64,000 nucleotides of DNA, taken from the NCBI GenBank assembly GCA_046539325.1, contig JBKHHD010000001.1, forward strand, positions 55,437-119,436. Direction: 5' to 3'. Below the pieces are notes generated by a model, which was not told the DNA's origin, did not search any database, and saw only the letters and a program-made list of their open reading frames with translations. Below, one piece after another: positions 28,756 to 37,856 of this stretch (its first letter is position 1; the number at the start of each line of letters is the position of its first letter). Source of the stretch: Candidatus Aenigmatarchaeota archaeon (GTDB lineage: Archaea; Aenigmatarchaeota; Aenigmatarchaeia; PWEA01). Made by a program: the position numbers and the translations under genes.

Positions 28756-29674
28756 AGACAAGTTCAAACACGAAGAAGACCTGTTCTGCTCCGGGCATAG
28801 AGCATGTCCAGGTTGTGGAGCCGCGCTTACCTCAAAGCTTGTAACAGAAGCAACAGGTTCCCAGACTATACTCTCGATGCCTACCGGATGTATGGAAGTT
28901 ACGACAACACCTTACCCGGAAAGCGCCTGGGGAATAAGCTGGATGCACAATATATTTGAGAACTCCGCCGCAATTGCAGGGGGAATAGAAACCGCTTACA
29001 AGGCCTTTGACAAAAGGAACAAGGAAGGTTACATGGATCACGACGACGTGAACTTTGTAGTTCTAGCCGGTGATGGAGCCACATTTGATATAGGTATAAG
29101 GAGCTTAAGCGGAATGATGGAAAGGGGTCACGACGTTCTCTACATATGCTACGACAACGAAGCTTACATGAATACAGGGATTCAGAGGAGCAGTAGTACA
29201 CCGATCGGTGCAGCCACGACAACGAGTCCAGCAGGAAAGGAAAGCCATGGTGAAAACATTCATAAGAAGGATATGCCTAGTATAGCTGCTGCCCATGGAC
29301 TTGAGTACGTAGCTACAGCCAGTATCGCTTACCCCGAGGACTTCCAAAAGAAGGTGAAGAAGGCTCTGGAAATAGAAGGTCCGAAGTATATTCAGGTCTT
29401 CTCTCCTTGCCCACGTGGCTGGAGACATGATGCAAAGAACAGTGTAAAGATAGCAAGGCTTGCGGTGGAAACAGGAATGTACCCGATCTACGAAATGGAG
29501 AACGGACAGATAACCAACGTCAAGAAGATCAAGGATCGGAAACCTGTCGAGGAATATTTGAAGACACAAGGCAGATTCAAGCATCTCTTTGAGCAGGAAG
29601 GTGGGGAAGAAGTAATTGAGGAGCTTCAGCAAATTGCTGACGCAAACGCTGAAGAGCTAGGGATCGATAAGTAA
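28748..29674 (+). CDS. porB: Pyruvate/2-ketoacid:ferredoxin oxidoreductase beta subunit
   Basis: GHRACPGCG, TPP motif GDG...DNEAYMNTGIQRS, SPCP. Confidence 0.92.
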   Translation: MTEDKFKHEEDLFCSGHRACPGCGAALTSKLVTEATGSQTILSMPTGCMEVTTTPYPESAWGISWMHNIFENSAAIAGGIETAYKAFDKRNKEGYMDHDDVNFVVLAGDGATFDIGIRSLSGMMERGHDVLYICYDNEAYMNTGIQRSSSTPIGAATTTSPAGKESHGENIHKKDMPSIAAAHGLEYVATASIAYPEDFQKKVKKALEIEGPKYIQVFSPCPRGWRHDAKNSVKIARLAVETGMYPIYEMENGQITNVKKIKDRKPVEEYLKTQGRFKHLFEQEGGEEVIEELQQIADANAEELGIDK

Positions 29675-30592
29675 TCACTCTAATATTTCTATATCGTCTG
29701 TTTTTCCATCTCCGTCCCTATCCAAACCCTTTATAACCCTGCAAAACTCCTCTCCTCGTTGATAATCATCGAAAACTCTATCGGACCGATGTATTGCTCC
29801 GAGGATACACGTCTTTGTTCCTTCGAAGTGAAGCCCAGAAAGCAGTATTCTCTGATAGCCGTTGTTTTCTATCTTTGCTACAAGGCCCAGATTCTCATCG
29901 GAATACGTATTTCCGGTTTTATCCGAAACTATCTTCCAGGTCTTTTCCCAGTCGAAGCGAACGCTCAACTCCTCGTTTAGCTCCCTTGAAACAGTGTTTG
30001 TTATAGGACCCCCTATCAGTATTAGGTTTCTATCCAAGGCTTCCTCTGCTTTAACTTCGGTGTCCAGTTTCACTACAAATCTCTCTTCCAGGTTGCAAAA
30101 TCCACCTAAAAAAATTCCAAGCTGAACCGCATAATGTCCGTCTCGGGAAGCAGTCATAAAGGGACCGTGCTCCTTTGGTGAGCCAACAACTATCGAACCA
30201 CTGAAGCTTTCACCGGAAACAAACTCAGAAAAGAAGTCCAGGGCTCCTTCAGGAACATCAGGCTTTCTTCCTCTGCTTTCCCTCCAGTTGTCGTTTATCT
30301 CAAATCCGACAGAATCCGTAGTAGGACGGTAGAACTTGCAGAGAGCACCACCCCTTCTCTCCTCCTTTGCAACTTCAACAAGACCGGCTTCCTTTAACTT
30401 TTCGATATGATAGTAAACCTTCTGTTCATGGACACCTAAATCCTCTGCAATCTTTTTGGGATAAGTCCCCTTTTCGTCTATTGACCTAAGGATTTCAAGT
30501 GTTTTTTCACTTACAGCTCCTGCATTGTTAGAATCCAAGAGCCTGATGTCCTTTGAATAAAAGTTGCCGTTATCTTCTCTGGTAATCTTCAT
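29675..30592 (-). CDS. ArsR-like HTH regulator with large C-terminal domain
   Basis: YPKKIAEDLGVHEQKVYYHIEKLKEAGLV wHTH; C-terminal NLILIGGPITN. Confidence 0.75.
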   Translation of the reverse strand: MKITREDNGNFYSKDIRLLDSNNAGAVSEKTLEILRSIDEKGTYPKKIAEDLGVHEQKVYYHIEKLKEAGLVEVAKEERRGGALCKFYRPTTDSVGFEINDNWRESRGRKPDVPEGALDFFSEFVSGESFSGSIVVGSPKEHGPFMTASRDGHYAVQLGIFLGGFCNLEERFVVKLDTEVKAEEALDRNLILIGGPITNTVSRELNEELSVRFDWEKTWKIVSDKTGNTYSDENLGLVAKIENNGYQRILLSGLHFEGTKTCILGAIHRSDRVFDDYQRGEEFCRVIKGLDRDGDGKTDDIEILE

Positions 30593-30692
30593 AGATATAA
30601 ACTGTGGTTCTTATTATAAATATTTTTACAATGAGAAGGATTCTATTTTAATTATTTTTATATAATTCTAAGACCAAAATAATGCAGGTAAC

Positions 30693-31412
30693 ATGGATGC
30701 TCTTGTACTTGCTGCGGGTAAAGGAACGAGGCTACGTCCTTTAACAGATCAGAAGCCTAAGGTTCTTGTCGAGGTCAAGGGAAAGTCTCTGATAGAGCAC
30801 ATCATCGATGATCTCAAAGAGATTGGAGCAAAACAGATTACAGTCGTAAAGGGTTATATGGGTGAAATGCTGGAGGAAAGGCTTGATAAGTACGAAAACA
30901 TTGATTTCATACAACAGGAAAAGCAGCTCGGGACAGCACATGCCATAGGACTATCATCGTTCAGCTCTCCTTTCCTAACAGTAAACGGAGACGTCTTCAT
31001 GCATAGGAGGAATCTCAGGAATCTTGTCTCCGCCTTCGGAGAAGATACGGAAGCTGTCATTGGAAGTATGAGGGTAGAAAATCCTGAGGAGTTCGGCGTT
31101 CTCGAGGTTAAAGGAAGGGAGGTCAAGGATATAATCGAGAAGCCTGACGAACCCCCTTCCGATATAATAAACACCGGAACATACGTCTTCTCGCCGGAGA
31201 TATACAAATACATAAAAAGAACAGAGGTTTCTGAAAGAGGAGAATACGAGATAACCGATTCCCTTCGGATGATGCTAAAGGATGGAAAACCAGTGAGCCA
31301 TGCCAAATTCAGTGATTACTGGATAGATGTGGGAAGGCATGAGGATTTGGCGAGAGCAAAAAACATAGAGACAAAGGACAAAACAAAGAGGTCGGTAGTA
31401 TCTGTGGGATAA
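30693..31412 (+). CDS. Sugar-phosphate nucleotidyltransferase (GlmU N-domain-like)
   Basis: LAAGKGTRLRPLT..KPK, QLGTAHA, EKP, SERGEYEITD. Confidence 0.9.
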   Translation: MDALVLAAGKGTRLRPLTDQKPKVLVEVKGKSLIEHIIDDLKEIGAKQITVVKGYMGEMLEERLDKYENIDFIQQEKQLGTAHAIGLSSFSSPFLTVNGDVFMHRRNLRNLVSAFGEDTEAVIGSMRVENPEEFGVLEVKGREVKDIIEKPDEPPSDIINTGTYVFSPEIYKYIKRTEVSERGEYEITDSLRMMLKDGKPVSHAKFSDYWIDVGRHEDLARAKNIETKDKTKRSVVSVG

Positions 31413-33133
31413 CAGGGTACTGCGGACAAGGTAAGACTCCAGAAGTACTGCTCGATTGTTTGGAAAGGTTGGAGTACAGGGGATACGACTCTGCAGGCCT
31501 TGCATTTCTCAATGATTCAGGCATACAGGTAAGCAAGGCAACAGGAACCCTTGATGAACTTGATTTTGATTCAGAGGATATAGATGGAGAAATAAATACA
31601 GGCATCGGCCATACAAGATGGGCCACACATGGAGATGTTTCAAAAGAAAACGCCCATCCACACAGCTCTTGCAAAGGAAGGTTTGTATTAGCACACAACG
31701 GGATAATAGAGAACTGGAAAGAGCTGAAGGAACAGCTTAACAACCACACCTTTGAATCAGAAACCGACTCCGAGGCTGCTGTCCATTACATAGAGGAGAA
31801 AGCAGATAAATTTACAACGGAAAGGGCTATTCAGGATTTTATGGAAGAGGTAGAAGGCAGCTACGCTATAACCCTCCTTGATTCGAAACAAGAAAAGTTA
31901 TACGTTATGAAAAGCGGCTCACCCATTGTGATAGGTATCAACGAAGAAGAAGTTTTTGTCGCATCCGACGTCTACGCTTTTTCACCGTACACAGACAAAG
32001 TAATGTTTCTCAAGGACGAGGAATATGCGGTTGTAGAGGAGGGAAATGTTACAGTAAAGGACAAGGAAGGCAAGGAAGTTGAAAGGGGCCTCAAAACTGT
32101 ACAATGGGAACAGGAAAGTTCCGAAAAGGAGGGTTTCGAACACTATATGCACAAGGAGATAAAGGAAATTCCAAATGCCCTGAAAAAACTACAGAACTCC
32201 TTGGATACGACACAAAATGAGAGGCTTAAGAAGTTCGCTGAAAAAATAAAGGATCATGGAAAGGTTGTCTTCGCCGCCTCAGGGACCAGCTACCATGCTT
32301 CTCTACTGGGTGTCTATTTTCTTCAGAAAGCAGGTGTAGAAGCACGGGCATTTTTAGCCTCGGAGCTCGGGAACTATGACAGGGTTGACGACGATACTCT
32401 TCTCATTCCGGTATCACAGTCCGGTGAGACAAAGGACGTGCTTGAAGCAATGAAATACGCAAGAAACAAAGGAGCGGAAATAGCCTCTATAACAAACGTG
32501 CCCCATTCCACGGTCGAGAGGAAGTCAGATATAAACCTTAGGATAAAGTCTGGGCAAGAGGTCTGTGTTGCCGCTACGAAAACATTTACAAACCAGGTCT
32601 ACGCGCTAATGAGGATAGCTGAAGAGATGGACGGACTGAGCTTTGAAAGAAACATAGAAAGTTCTCTTAGAGAGGTCATCGAAAGAAATGAAGAACCAAT
32701 AAAGGAGCTCGCAGAGGAACTTAAGGAAGAGGAAGACATATACATCATCGGCAAGGGTGAGAGCTTTCCTGTCGCGAGGGAGATATCGCTGAAACTAAAG
32801 GAAATAGCCTACATACACGCCGAAGGAATGTTGGCAGGTGGATTGAAACATGGAACTTTAGCGCTTATCGAGGAAGGAACTCCCGTTATTTCTCTAATAC
32901 CAGAAAAGGATTCGGACATGATTTCAAACGTCAAGGAGGCAGAATCACGGGAAGCAAGGACGATAAGGATATCACCCCACTACGGCGACTTCTACCTACC
33001 TGAGACAGAAAACGGCGATTTCTCCTTTTTCGCGGCAGCAATAGGTTTCTTGCTTACATACTGGATAGCCAGGGAGAAAGGACTGCCTATAGACAAGCCG
33101 AGGAACCTCGCTAAATCAGTCACAGTCCAGTAG
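31400..33133 (+). CDS. glmS: Glutamine--fructose-6-phosphate aminotransferase
   Basis: Frame extends upstream of the track start to (ATC)-CGITG...LEYRGYDSAG; GHTRWATHG, HNGIIEN, SQSGET, PRNLAKSVTV. Confidence 0.93.
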   Translation: MCGITGYCGQGKTPEVLLDCLERLEYRGYDSAGLAFLNDSGIQVSKATGTLDELDFDSEDIDGEINTGIGHTRWATHGDVSKENAHPHSSCKGRFVLAHNGIIENWKELKEQLNNHTFESETDSEAAVHYIEEKADKFTTERAIQDFMEEVEGSYAITLLDSKQEKLYVMKSGSPIVIGINEEEVFVASDVYAFSPYTDKVMFLKDEEYAVVEEGNVTVKDKEGKEVERGLKTVQWEQESSEKEGFEHYMHKEIKEIPNALKKLQNSLDTTQNERLKKFAEKIKDHGKVVFAASGTSYHASLLGVYFLQKAGVEARAFLASELGNYDRVDDDTLLIPVSQSGETKDVLEAMKYARNKGAEIASITNVPHSTVERKSDINLRIKSGQEVCVAATKTFTNQVYALMRIAEEMDGLSFERNIESSLREVIERNEEPIKELAEELKEEEDIYIIGKGESFPVAREISLKLKEIAYIHAEGMLAGGLKHGTLALIEEGTPVISLIPEKDSDMISNVKEAESREARTIRISPHYGDFYLPETENGDFSFFAAAIGFLLTYWIAREKGLPIDKPRNLAKSVTVQ

Positions 33134-33171
33134 TTTCCAAGCTTTTAAAGATTCTGTACAAAAGTAGGAAT

Positions 33172-33450
33172 ATGTCAGACAAAGAAAAGTTAGGATATCA
33201 TAAAGGCGCCATGGAAGCTCTGATCAATGAGAAGATAGAGCTCTCACGTCTCCTGAAGATAGTCAACTCACTGATCCAAAGACACTCCAAGTCTCTCGAG
33301 GAGATGGGCGTCGATGTCGAAAAGTTCATAGAAAACGTTCAAAAGAAAAGGGAAAAAAGCGCAAGAAAGGCGACCGAGAAAAGCAAGAGATCCTCACAGG
33401 ACAAAGGAGAGTTTGATCTGTCGGACGAAGAACTTCCTGAAGAGTTCTAG
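33172..33450 (+). CDS. Hypothetical helical protein
   Basis: 92-aa ORF; YHKGAMEALINEKIELSRL. Confidence 0.7.
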   Translation: MSDKEKLGYHKGAMEALINEKIELSRLLKIVNSLIQRHSKSLEEMGVDVEKFIENVQKKREKSARKATEKSKRSSQDKGEFDLSDEELPEEF

Positions 33451-33458
33451 GTGGAAAA

Positions 33459-33854
33459 ATCACAACAGTAATACTTGATGCCAACTTCGTCATGGCTCCT
33501 GGCGAGGTTGGTGTGGACGTCTTTGAAGAGATAGGCGGGATGTTGAACGGAAATTACAATCTTGTGATGCCCGAACCGGTGAAAAATGAAGTCCGGAAGC
33601 TTTCAAGGGGAAGGGGTGAAGAGGCAAAGGCCGCAAGAATAGCTCTTGAGCTTGTCGAGAGGCAAGGTGTTGAGATCGTAGAAACAAGTAGAAAAGACGG
33701 GGACGCTTCAATAGTCGAAGCTGCAAGGAAATTTGAAAAGCCTGTTATAGCAACCAACGACAAGAATCTGAGGAACCAGTTCAGACAGAGGTCAATTCCA
33801 ACAGTTTACGTAAGAACAGGAGACCACGTTGAGATGGAAGGTGATATAAGATGA
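33459..33854 (+). CDS. PIN-domain protein (Fcf1/Utp24-like)
   Basis: First strand VILDANFVM lies upstream of the track ATG; also V..E, GDASI, IATND..LR; usual position before rpoE. Confidence 0.88.
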   Translation: MTTVILDANFVMAPGEVGVDVFEEIGGMLNGNYNLVMPEPVKNEVRKLSRGRGEEAKAARIALELVERQGVEIVETSRKDGDASIVEAARKFEKPVIATNDKNLRNQFRQRSIPTVYVRTGDHVEMEGDIR

Positions 33855-34339
33855 CAAAGAAGGCAGTAAACTTCATTGTAAAAGCAAGAGAAGGTAGCAG
33901 ATGTAAGTATAATTATTCGGATGGTAAGCTTGAACTAGAAAGCATGTTGCCAAAGGGCGCACAGTATCCTGAAAACTACGGCGCAGTCTCTCAAACCCTA
34001 GACGATGCAAGAAAGAAGCTTGATGGGTTCCTAATAACTAACGAATCAATTGAACCAGGTACCTCAGTAAAGGTCAGGCCCGTCGCCTGCATAAGGACAG
34101 AGGAGGAAGGAGTGAAGAACGATAAAGTAGTAGTTGTACCGGAAATTGATCCGGATAAAGATAATATAAAGGACCTTGAGGACCTGGACAGAAAGCTTCT
34201 AATTGAGCTTAAGGCCTTCGTAAACGAACTATGTCAAGCCGAAGGCAAGGATGTCGAGATAAAGGATACTTTTGGTAGTAGAGATGCAAGAAGATTGATA
34301 AAACACTGCAAAAAGATATATAAAAGAAGAAAGGAGTAA
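33851..34339 (+). CDS. Family I inorganic pyrophosphatase homolog with degenerate active site
   Basis: GSRCKY, YPENYG..SQTL, PGTSVKVRPV, DKVVVVP; DxDPxD motif not intact. Confidence 0.75.
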   Translation: MTKKAVNFIVKAREGSRCKYNYSDGKLELESMLPKGAQYPENYGAVSQTLDDARKKLDGFLITNESIEPGTSVKVRPVACIRTEEEGVKNDKVVVVPEIDPDKDNIKDLEDLDRKLLIELKAFVNELCQAEGKDVEIKDTFGSRDARRLIKHCKKIYKRRKE

Positions 34340-34369
34340 GTATGTGTCAACCATTTGAGGAGATTGATA

Positions 34370-34921
34370 ATGTACAAGATACTAGAGGTTAAAGACACAA
34401 TAAGAGTCGATCCAGAAAAGTTCAGTATGGAGCTTGAGGACTCCGTTTACGAATCCCTGAGAGAAAAGTATGAAGGACTATTGAGGCCTGAAATAGGCTT
34501 CATACTATCCGTTGAAGAAGTAACGGATATAGGTGAAGGAAAGATTCTTCCTGAAGACGGTGCAGCCCACTATCCTGCAGAGTTCAAGATGCTTGTCTTC
34601 GAACCACAGGAACACGAGGTAGTCATAGGGGAAGTTGTTGATGTGACGGAGTTTGGTGGTTTTGTAAGGATAGGGCCAATAGACGCTCTCATACACGTCT
34701 CCCAGGTTATGGACGACTACGTCAACTACGACGAAAAGAACAATTCTCTGGAAGGCAAGGAGACAGGAAAGCGTCTGAAGAACGGTGATCTTGTAAGATC
34801 AAGGATAATCTCAGTATCTTACTCCGAGGACAACAAAGTGGGCCTTACGATGAAACAGCCAAGGCTTGGTGCTCTGAAATGGTTAGAAGAAGGCGAAGAA
34901 AATGAAGAAGAGGAAGAATAA
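34370..34921 (+). CDS. rpoE1: RNA polymerase subunit E' (Rpo7)
   Basis: GKILPEDGAAH, FGGFVRIGPIDALIHVSQVMDD, GLTMKQPRLG. Confidence 0.96.
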   Translation: MYKILEVKDTIRVDPEKFSMELEDSVYESLREKYEGLLRPEIGFILSVEEVTDIGEGKILPEDGAAHYPAEFKMLVFEPQEHEVVIGEVVDVTEFGGFVRIGPIDALIHVSQVMDDYVNYDEKNNSLEGKETGKRLKNGDLVRSRIISVSYSEDNKVGLTMKQPRLGALKWLEEGEENEEEEE

Positions 34922-34956
34922 ATTTAAATTTTAGGACGAAAAGATTCGTGATTAGT

Positions 34957-35145
34957 ATGGCAAAAAGAGAAAAAGCTTGTAAGGAATGCAGAAGGCTCAT
35001 CCAGGGCAGCGAATGTCCTGCATGCAAGACCTCGGATCTTACAAAAAACTGGGAAGGAATGGCTATAATTATAGATCCTGAATCAGAGCTTGCCCAAACA
35101 ATAGGTATAGAAACACCTGGAAAATACGCAATTAAGATGAGGTGA
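34957..35145 (+). CDS. spt4: Transcription elongation factor Spt4 (RpoE'')
   Basis: KACKECRR...CPAC...WEGMAIIIDPE..PGKYA. Confidence 0.95.
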   Translation: MAKREKACKECRRLIQGSECPACKTSDLTKNWEGMAIIIDPESELAQTIGIETPGKYAIKMR

Positions 35146-35149
35146 AAGG

Positions 35150-35584
35150 ATGAAGGTAGAAATAAAGGAAAGGAAAAAGAACCCTGTGCTAGACAGAAGA
35201 TTGATAGAAGGAACTGTAGAACACGCAGGTGAAGCTACTCCTTCCTCTGAAGCTCTAAAAGGATTCCTTGCAGAGGAACTAGACTCAGAAGAGGAAAGCA
35301 TCGAAATTAAAAAGATATTTACAATAAGAGGAATGCAAAAAAGCAAGTTCTGGGCAAGAGAACATGGAGATATTGAAGCTTCCGAAGAAGCAGAGAAAGG
35401 AGAAAAGAAGGAAGAATCCGGAGGCAAAAACTACGAAGAAGTATTAGGCGGAAGTATCTCAGATGCAAAAGATGAGATAGAGGAAATGGACGATCCAGAC
35501 TACGAGAAGTTGATGGAAGTTGAAAAGAACAATAAGGACAGAAAAGGTATGAAGAAATATCTGGAGAAGAACATAGGTGAATAA
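35150..35584 (+). CDS. rps24e: Ribosomal protein S24e with extra C-terminal domain
   Basis: [13 protein letters not shown] core; between spt4 and S27ae; extra YEEVLGGSI...NKDRKGM domain. Confidence 0.9.
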   Translation: MKVEIKERKKNPVLDRRLIEGTVEHAGEATPSSEALKGFLAEELDSEEESIEIKKIFTIRGMQKSKFWAREHGDIEASEEAEKGEKKEESGGKNYEEVLGGSISDAKDEIEEMDDPDYEKLMEVEKNNKDRKGMKKYLEKNIGE

Positions 35585-35585
35585 G

Positions 35586-35759
35586 ATGCCTAAACACAAG
35601 AAGGTAAGTGTATGGGAAAAGTACGATGTAGACGGTGAAGAAGTAGAGAGAAAGGGTAAGACCTGTCCCAGGTGTGGCGACGGAGTTTTCATGGCTGACC
35701 ACGAAGACAGGCTCACATGTGGAAGATGTGGATTTTCTCAGATGAAGGAAGAAGAGTAA
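35586..35759 (+). CDS. rps27ae: Ribosomal protein S27ae
   Basis: [23 protein letters not shown]. Confidence 0.96.
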   Translation: MPKHKKVSVWEKYDVDGEEVERKGKTCPRCGDGVFMADHEDRLTCGRCGFSQMKEEE

Positions 35760-35814
35760 AAGGCGTTTATCTGTATTTCTATCCTGAACTCAAGCAAGCT
35801 TTGAGAACTGCTTA

Positions 35815-37773
35815 CTAGACCAAAAGAGGCACGAATATAAGAGCTGTCATTGCAACCAGCTTTATGAGGACATTCAGAGAGGGGCCTGAAGTATCTTTCA
35901 TTGGATCACCGATAGTATCCCCTACAACTGCTGCAGAGTGGGCATCAGAACCCTTACCCCCGTAGTTACCGTTTTCTATATGTTTCTTAGCGTTGTCCCA
36001 AGCTCCGCCTGCATTGGCCATTGTTACAGCAAGGAGGAATCCCGTTGAAATATTCCCAGCAAGCATTCCTGCGAGGGCCTCAGGACCCAGAAGAAGTCCA
36101 ACAACTATAGGCGAAAGTATAGCTATTACTCCAGGAAGAACCATCTCCTTGAGGGCTGAATCCGTTGAAATAGCTATACATGACGAGTAGTCAGGCTTCT
36201 CATCACCTGAAAGAATATTCATATCTTCGAACTGCCTTCTTATCTCATCTATCATCTTGCTTGCGCTTTTGCCCACTGATCTCATCGTAAGAGCTGAGAA
36301 AATAAAGGGTAGTAGAGCGCCAATGAACAGACCACCAACTATCATAGGCTGAGTAAGTGCTACGTCGGCTGCCTTCAGACCAACGTTCTGCGTGTAGGTA
36401 ACGAAAAGCGTAAGTGAAGCAAGGGCTGCGGAGCCTATGGCAAATCCCTTACCTATTGCTGCTGTGGTGTTACCTATCGAATCAAGAGCTTCGGCCCTCT
36501 CCCTCACGTCCTGGCCCATCTCTGCCATCTCAGCTATTCCAGCAGCGTTGTCAGCTACAGGTCCGTAACAGTCCGTTGCAAGCGTTATGCCTAGCGTTGA
36601 TAACATTCCTATAGACGCTATACCGATACCGTAGAGTCCTGCGAAATAATATGAAATTAACATGGCAGCAGATACCGTAAGCATAGGAACAAGGGTTGAA
36701 ATCATTCCTGTGGAAAAGCCAGCTATTATGTTTGTAGCGGCGCCACCTATCGATTCCTTTGCAATATTTCTCGTTGGTTTGTGTTTGCTGGCGGTGTAGT
36801 ACTCAGTCATAAGGCCTATAATTACACCGGCCAGAAGCCCTGAAACTATAGAGTAAAATACGCCAATCACTATTTCAGGGAAGAGATGCTGCATCCCGAA
36901 ATACATGAAGACAGGGGCAAGAATGGCTGCTCCGAAGGTTCCTCTGTTCAGGGCCCAGTGTAGGTTCTCCTCTCCACCAACGAAGAAGTATCCAATCATG
37001 GATGCTATTATTCCAGCTGCGCCTATGAAAAGGGGAAATACTACAGCGCCTGCAGCCTCCATGGTTATAGCTCCTATCGCCATCGTGGCCACGATCGCCT
37101 CGACGTATGACTCGAAAAGGTCCGCGCCCATTGCCGCTACGTCACCTACGTTGTCCCCGACGTTGTCCGCGACTACGCCCGGATTCCTTGGATCGTCCTC
37201 AGGGATATCCTCCTCCACCTTTCCCACAAGATCCGCTCCCATATCCGCAGTTTTCGTGTAAATTCCACCTCCGACGCGCGCGAACAGCGCTACTGAAGAA
37301 GCTCCGAATGCAAAGCCGAAAAGTATCTCGGGGTCAGGAAAGACGTAGTAGAAAACTGCTATACCCAAAAGACCGAAGCCTACGACAGACATTCCCATAA
37401 CGGTTCCTGAGGAAAAAGCAATTCCCAATCCTTTCCCGAGGCTATCCTTCACTGCTTCTGATGTCCTGGAGTTGGAGCTTGTGGCTGTAGACATTCCTAT
37501 AACTCCTGCAAGCGAGCTGAGGAAAGCTCCGAAGACGAAGGTAAGGGCAGTCTGTGGGTTTATAAAGTAGAAAAGGACAGAAGCTATCACAACAACAACC
37601 ACGGACAGGTACTTGAACTCCTGTGTAAGAAACGTCCTCGCTCCTTCCTTTATGTGATCCGACATCTCCCTTGCCTTTTCAGGTCCCCGGTCCTTCTTCT
37701 TTATCCTCCAGGTCAAAATTACTGCGAAAATTAATGCTATGATAGAAGCAGTTACTGCTATCGTTACGTGCAT
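35815..37773 (-). CDS. hppA: Membrane ion-translocating pyrophosphatase, K+-dependent type
   Basis: GGGIYTKTADMGADLVGKVE, DNVGDNVGD, GNTTAA, GGAWDNAKK, GDPMKDTSGP; start at ATG 37773. Confidence 0.95.
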   Translation of the reverse strand: MHVTIAVTASIIALIFAVILTWRIKKKDRGPEKAREMSDHIKEGARTFLTQEFKYLSVVVVVIASVLFYFINPQTALTFVFGAFLSSLAGVIGMSTATSSNSRTSEAVKDSLGKGLGIAFSSGTVMGMSVVGFGLLGIAVFYYVFPDPEILFGFAFGASSVALFARVGGGIYTKTADMGADLVGKVEEDIPEDDPRNPGVVADNVGDNVGDVAAMGADLFESYVEAIVATMAIGAITMEAAGAVVFPLFIGAAGIIASMIGYFFVGGEENLHWALNRGTFGAAILAPVFMYFGMQHLFPEIVIGVFYSIVSGLLAGVIIGLMTEYYTASKHKPTRNIAKESIGGAATNIIAGFSTGMISTLVPMLTVSAAMLISYYFAGLYGIGIASIGMLSTLGITLATDCYGPVADNAAGIAEMAEMGQDVRERAEALDSIGNTTAAIGKGFAIGSAALASLTLFVTYTQNVGLKAADVALTQPMIVGGLFIGALLPFIFSALTMRSVGKSASKMIDEIRRQFEDMNILSGDEKPDYSSCIAISTDSALKEMVLPGVIAILSPIVVGLLLGPEALAGMLAGNISTGFLLAVTMANAGGAWDNAKKHIENGNYGGKGSDAHSAAVVGDTIGDPMKDTSGPSLNVLIKLVAMTALIFVPLLV

Positions 37774-37856
37774 AACCTGAACTAGTTTTCCGTTGTTTTT
37801 AAAATTTCTAACGAAACCACAAAGATATTTAAATTTTAGTATTAAATAGTAACAAT

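Noticed and set aside
31400-33133. glmS as a pseudogene or a frameshift fusion with the upstream nucleotidyltransferase
   Set aside because: All motifs are intact, and a fusion would block the N-terminal Cys; an ATC start or a base error is simpler.
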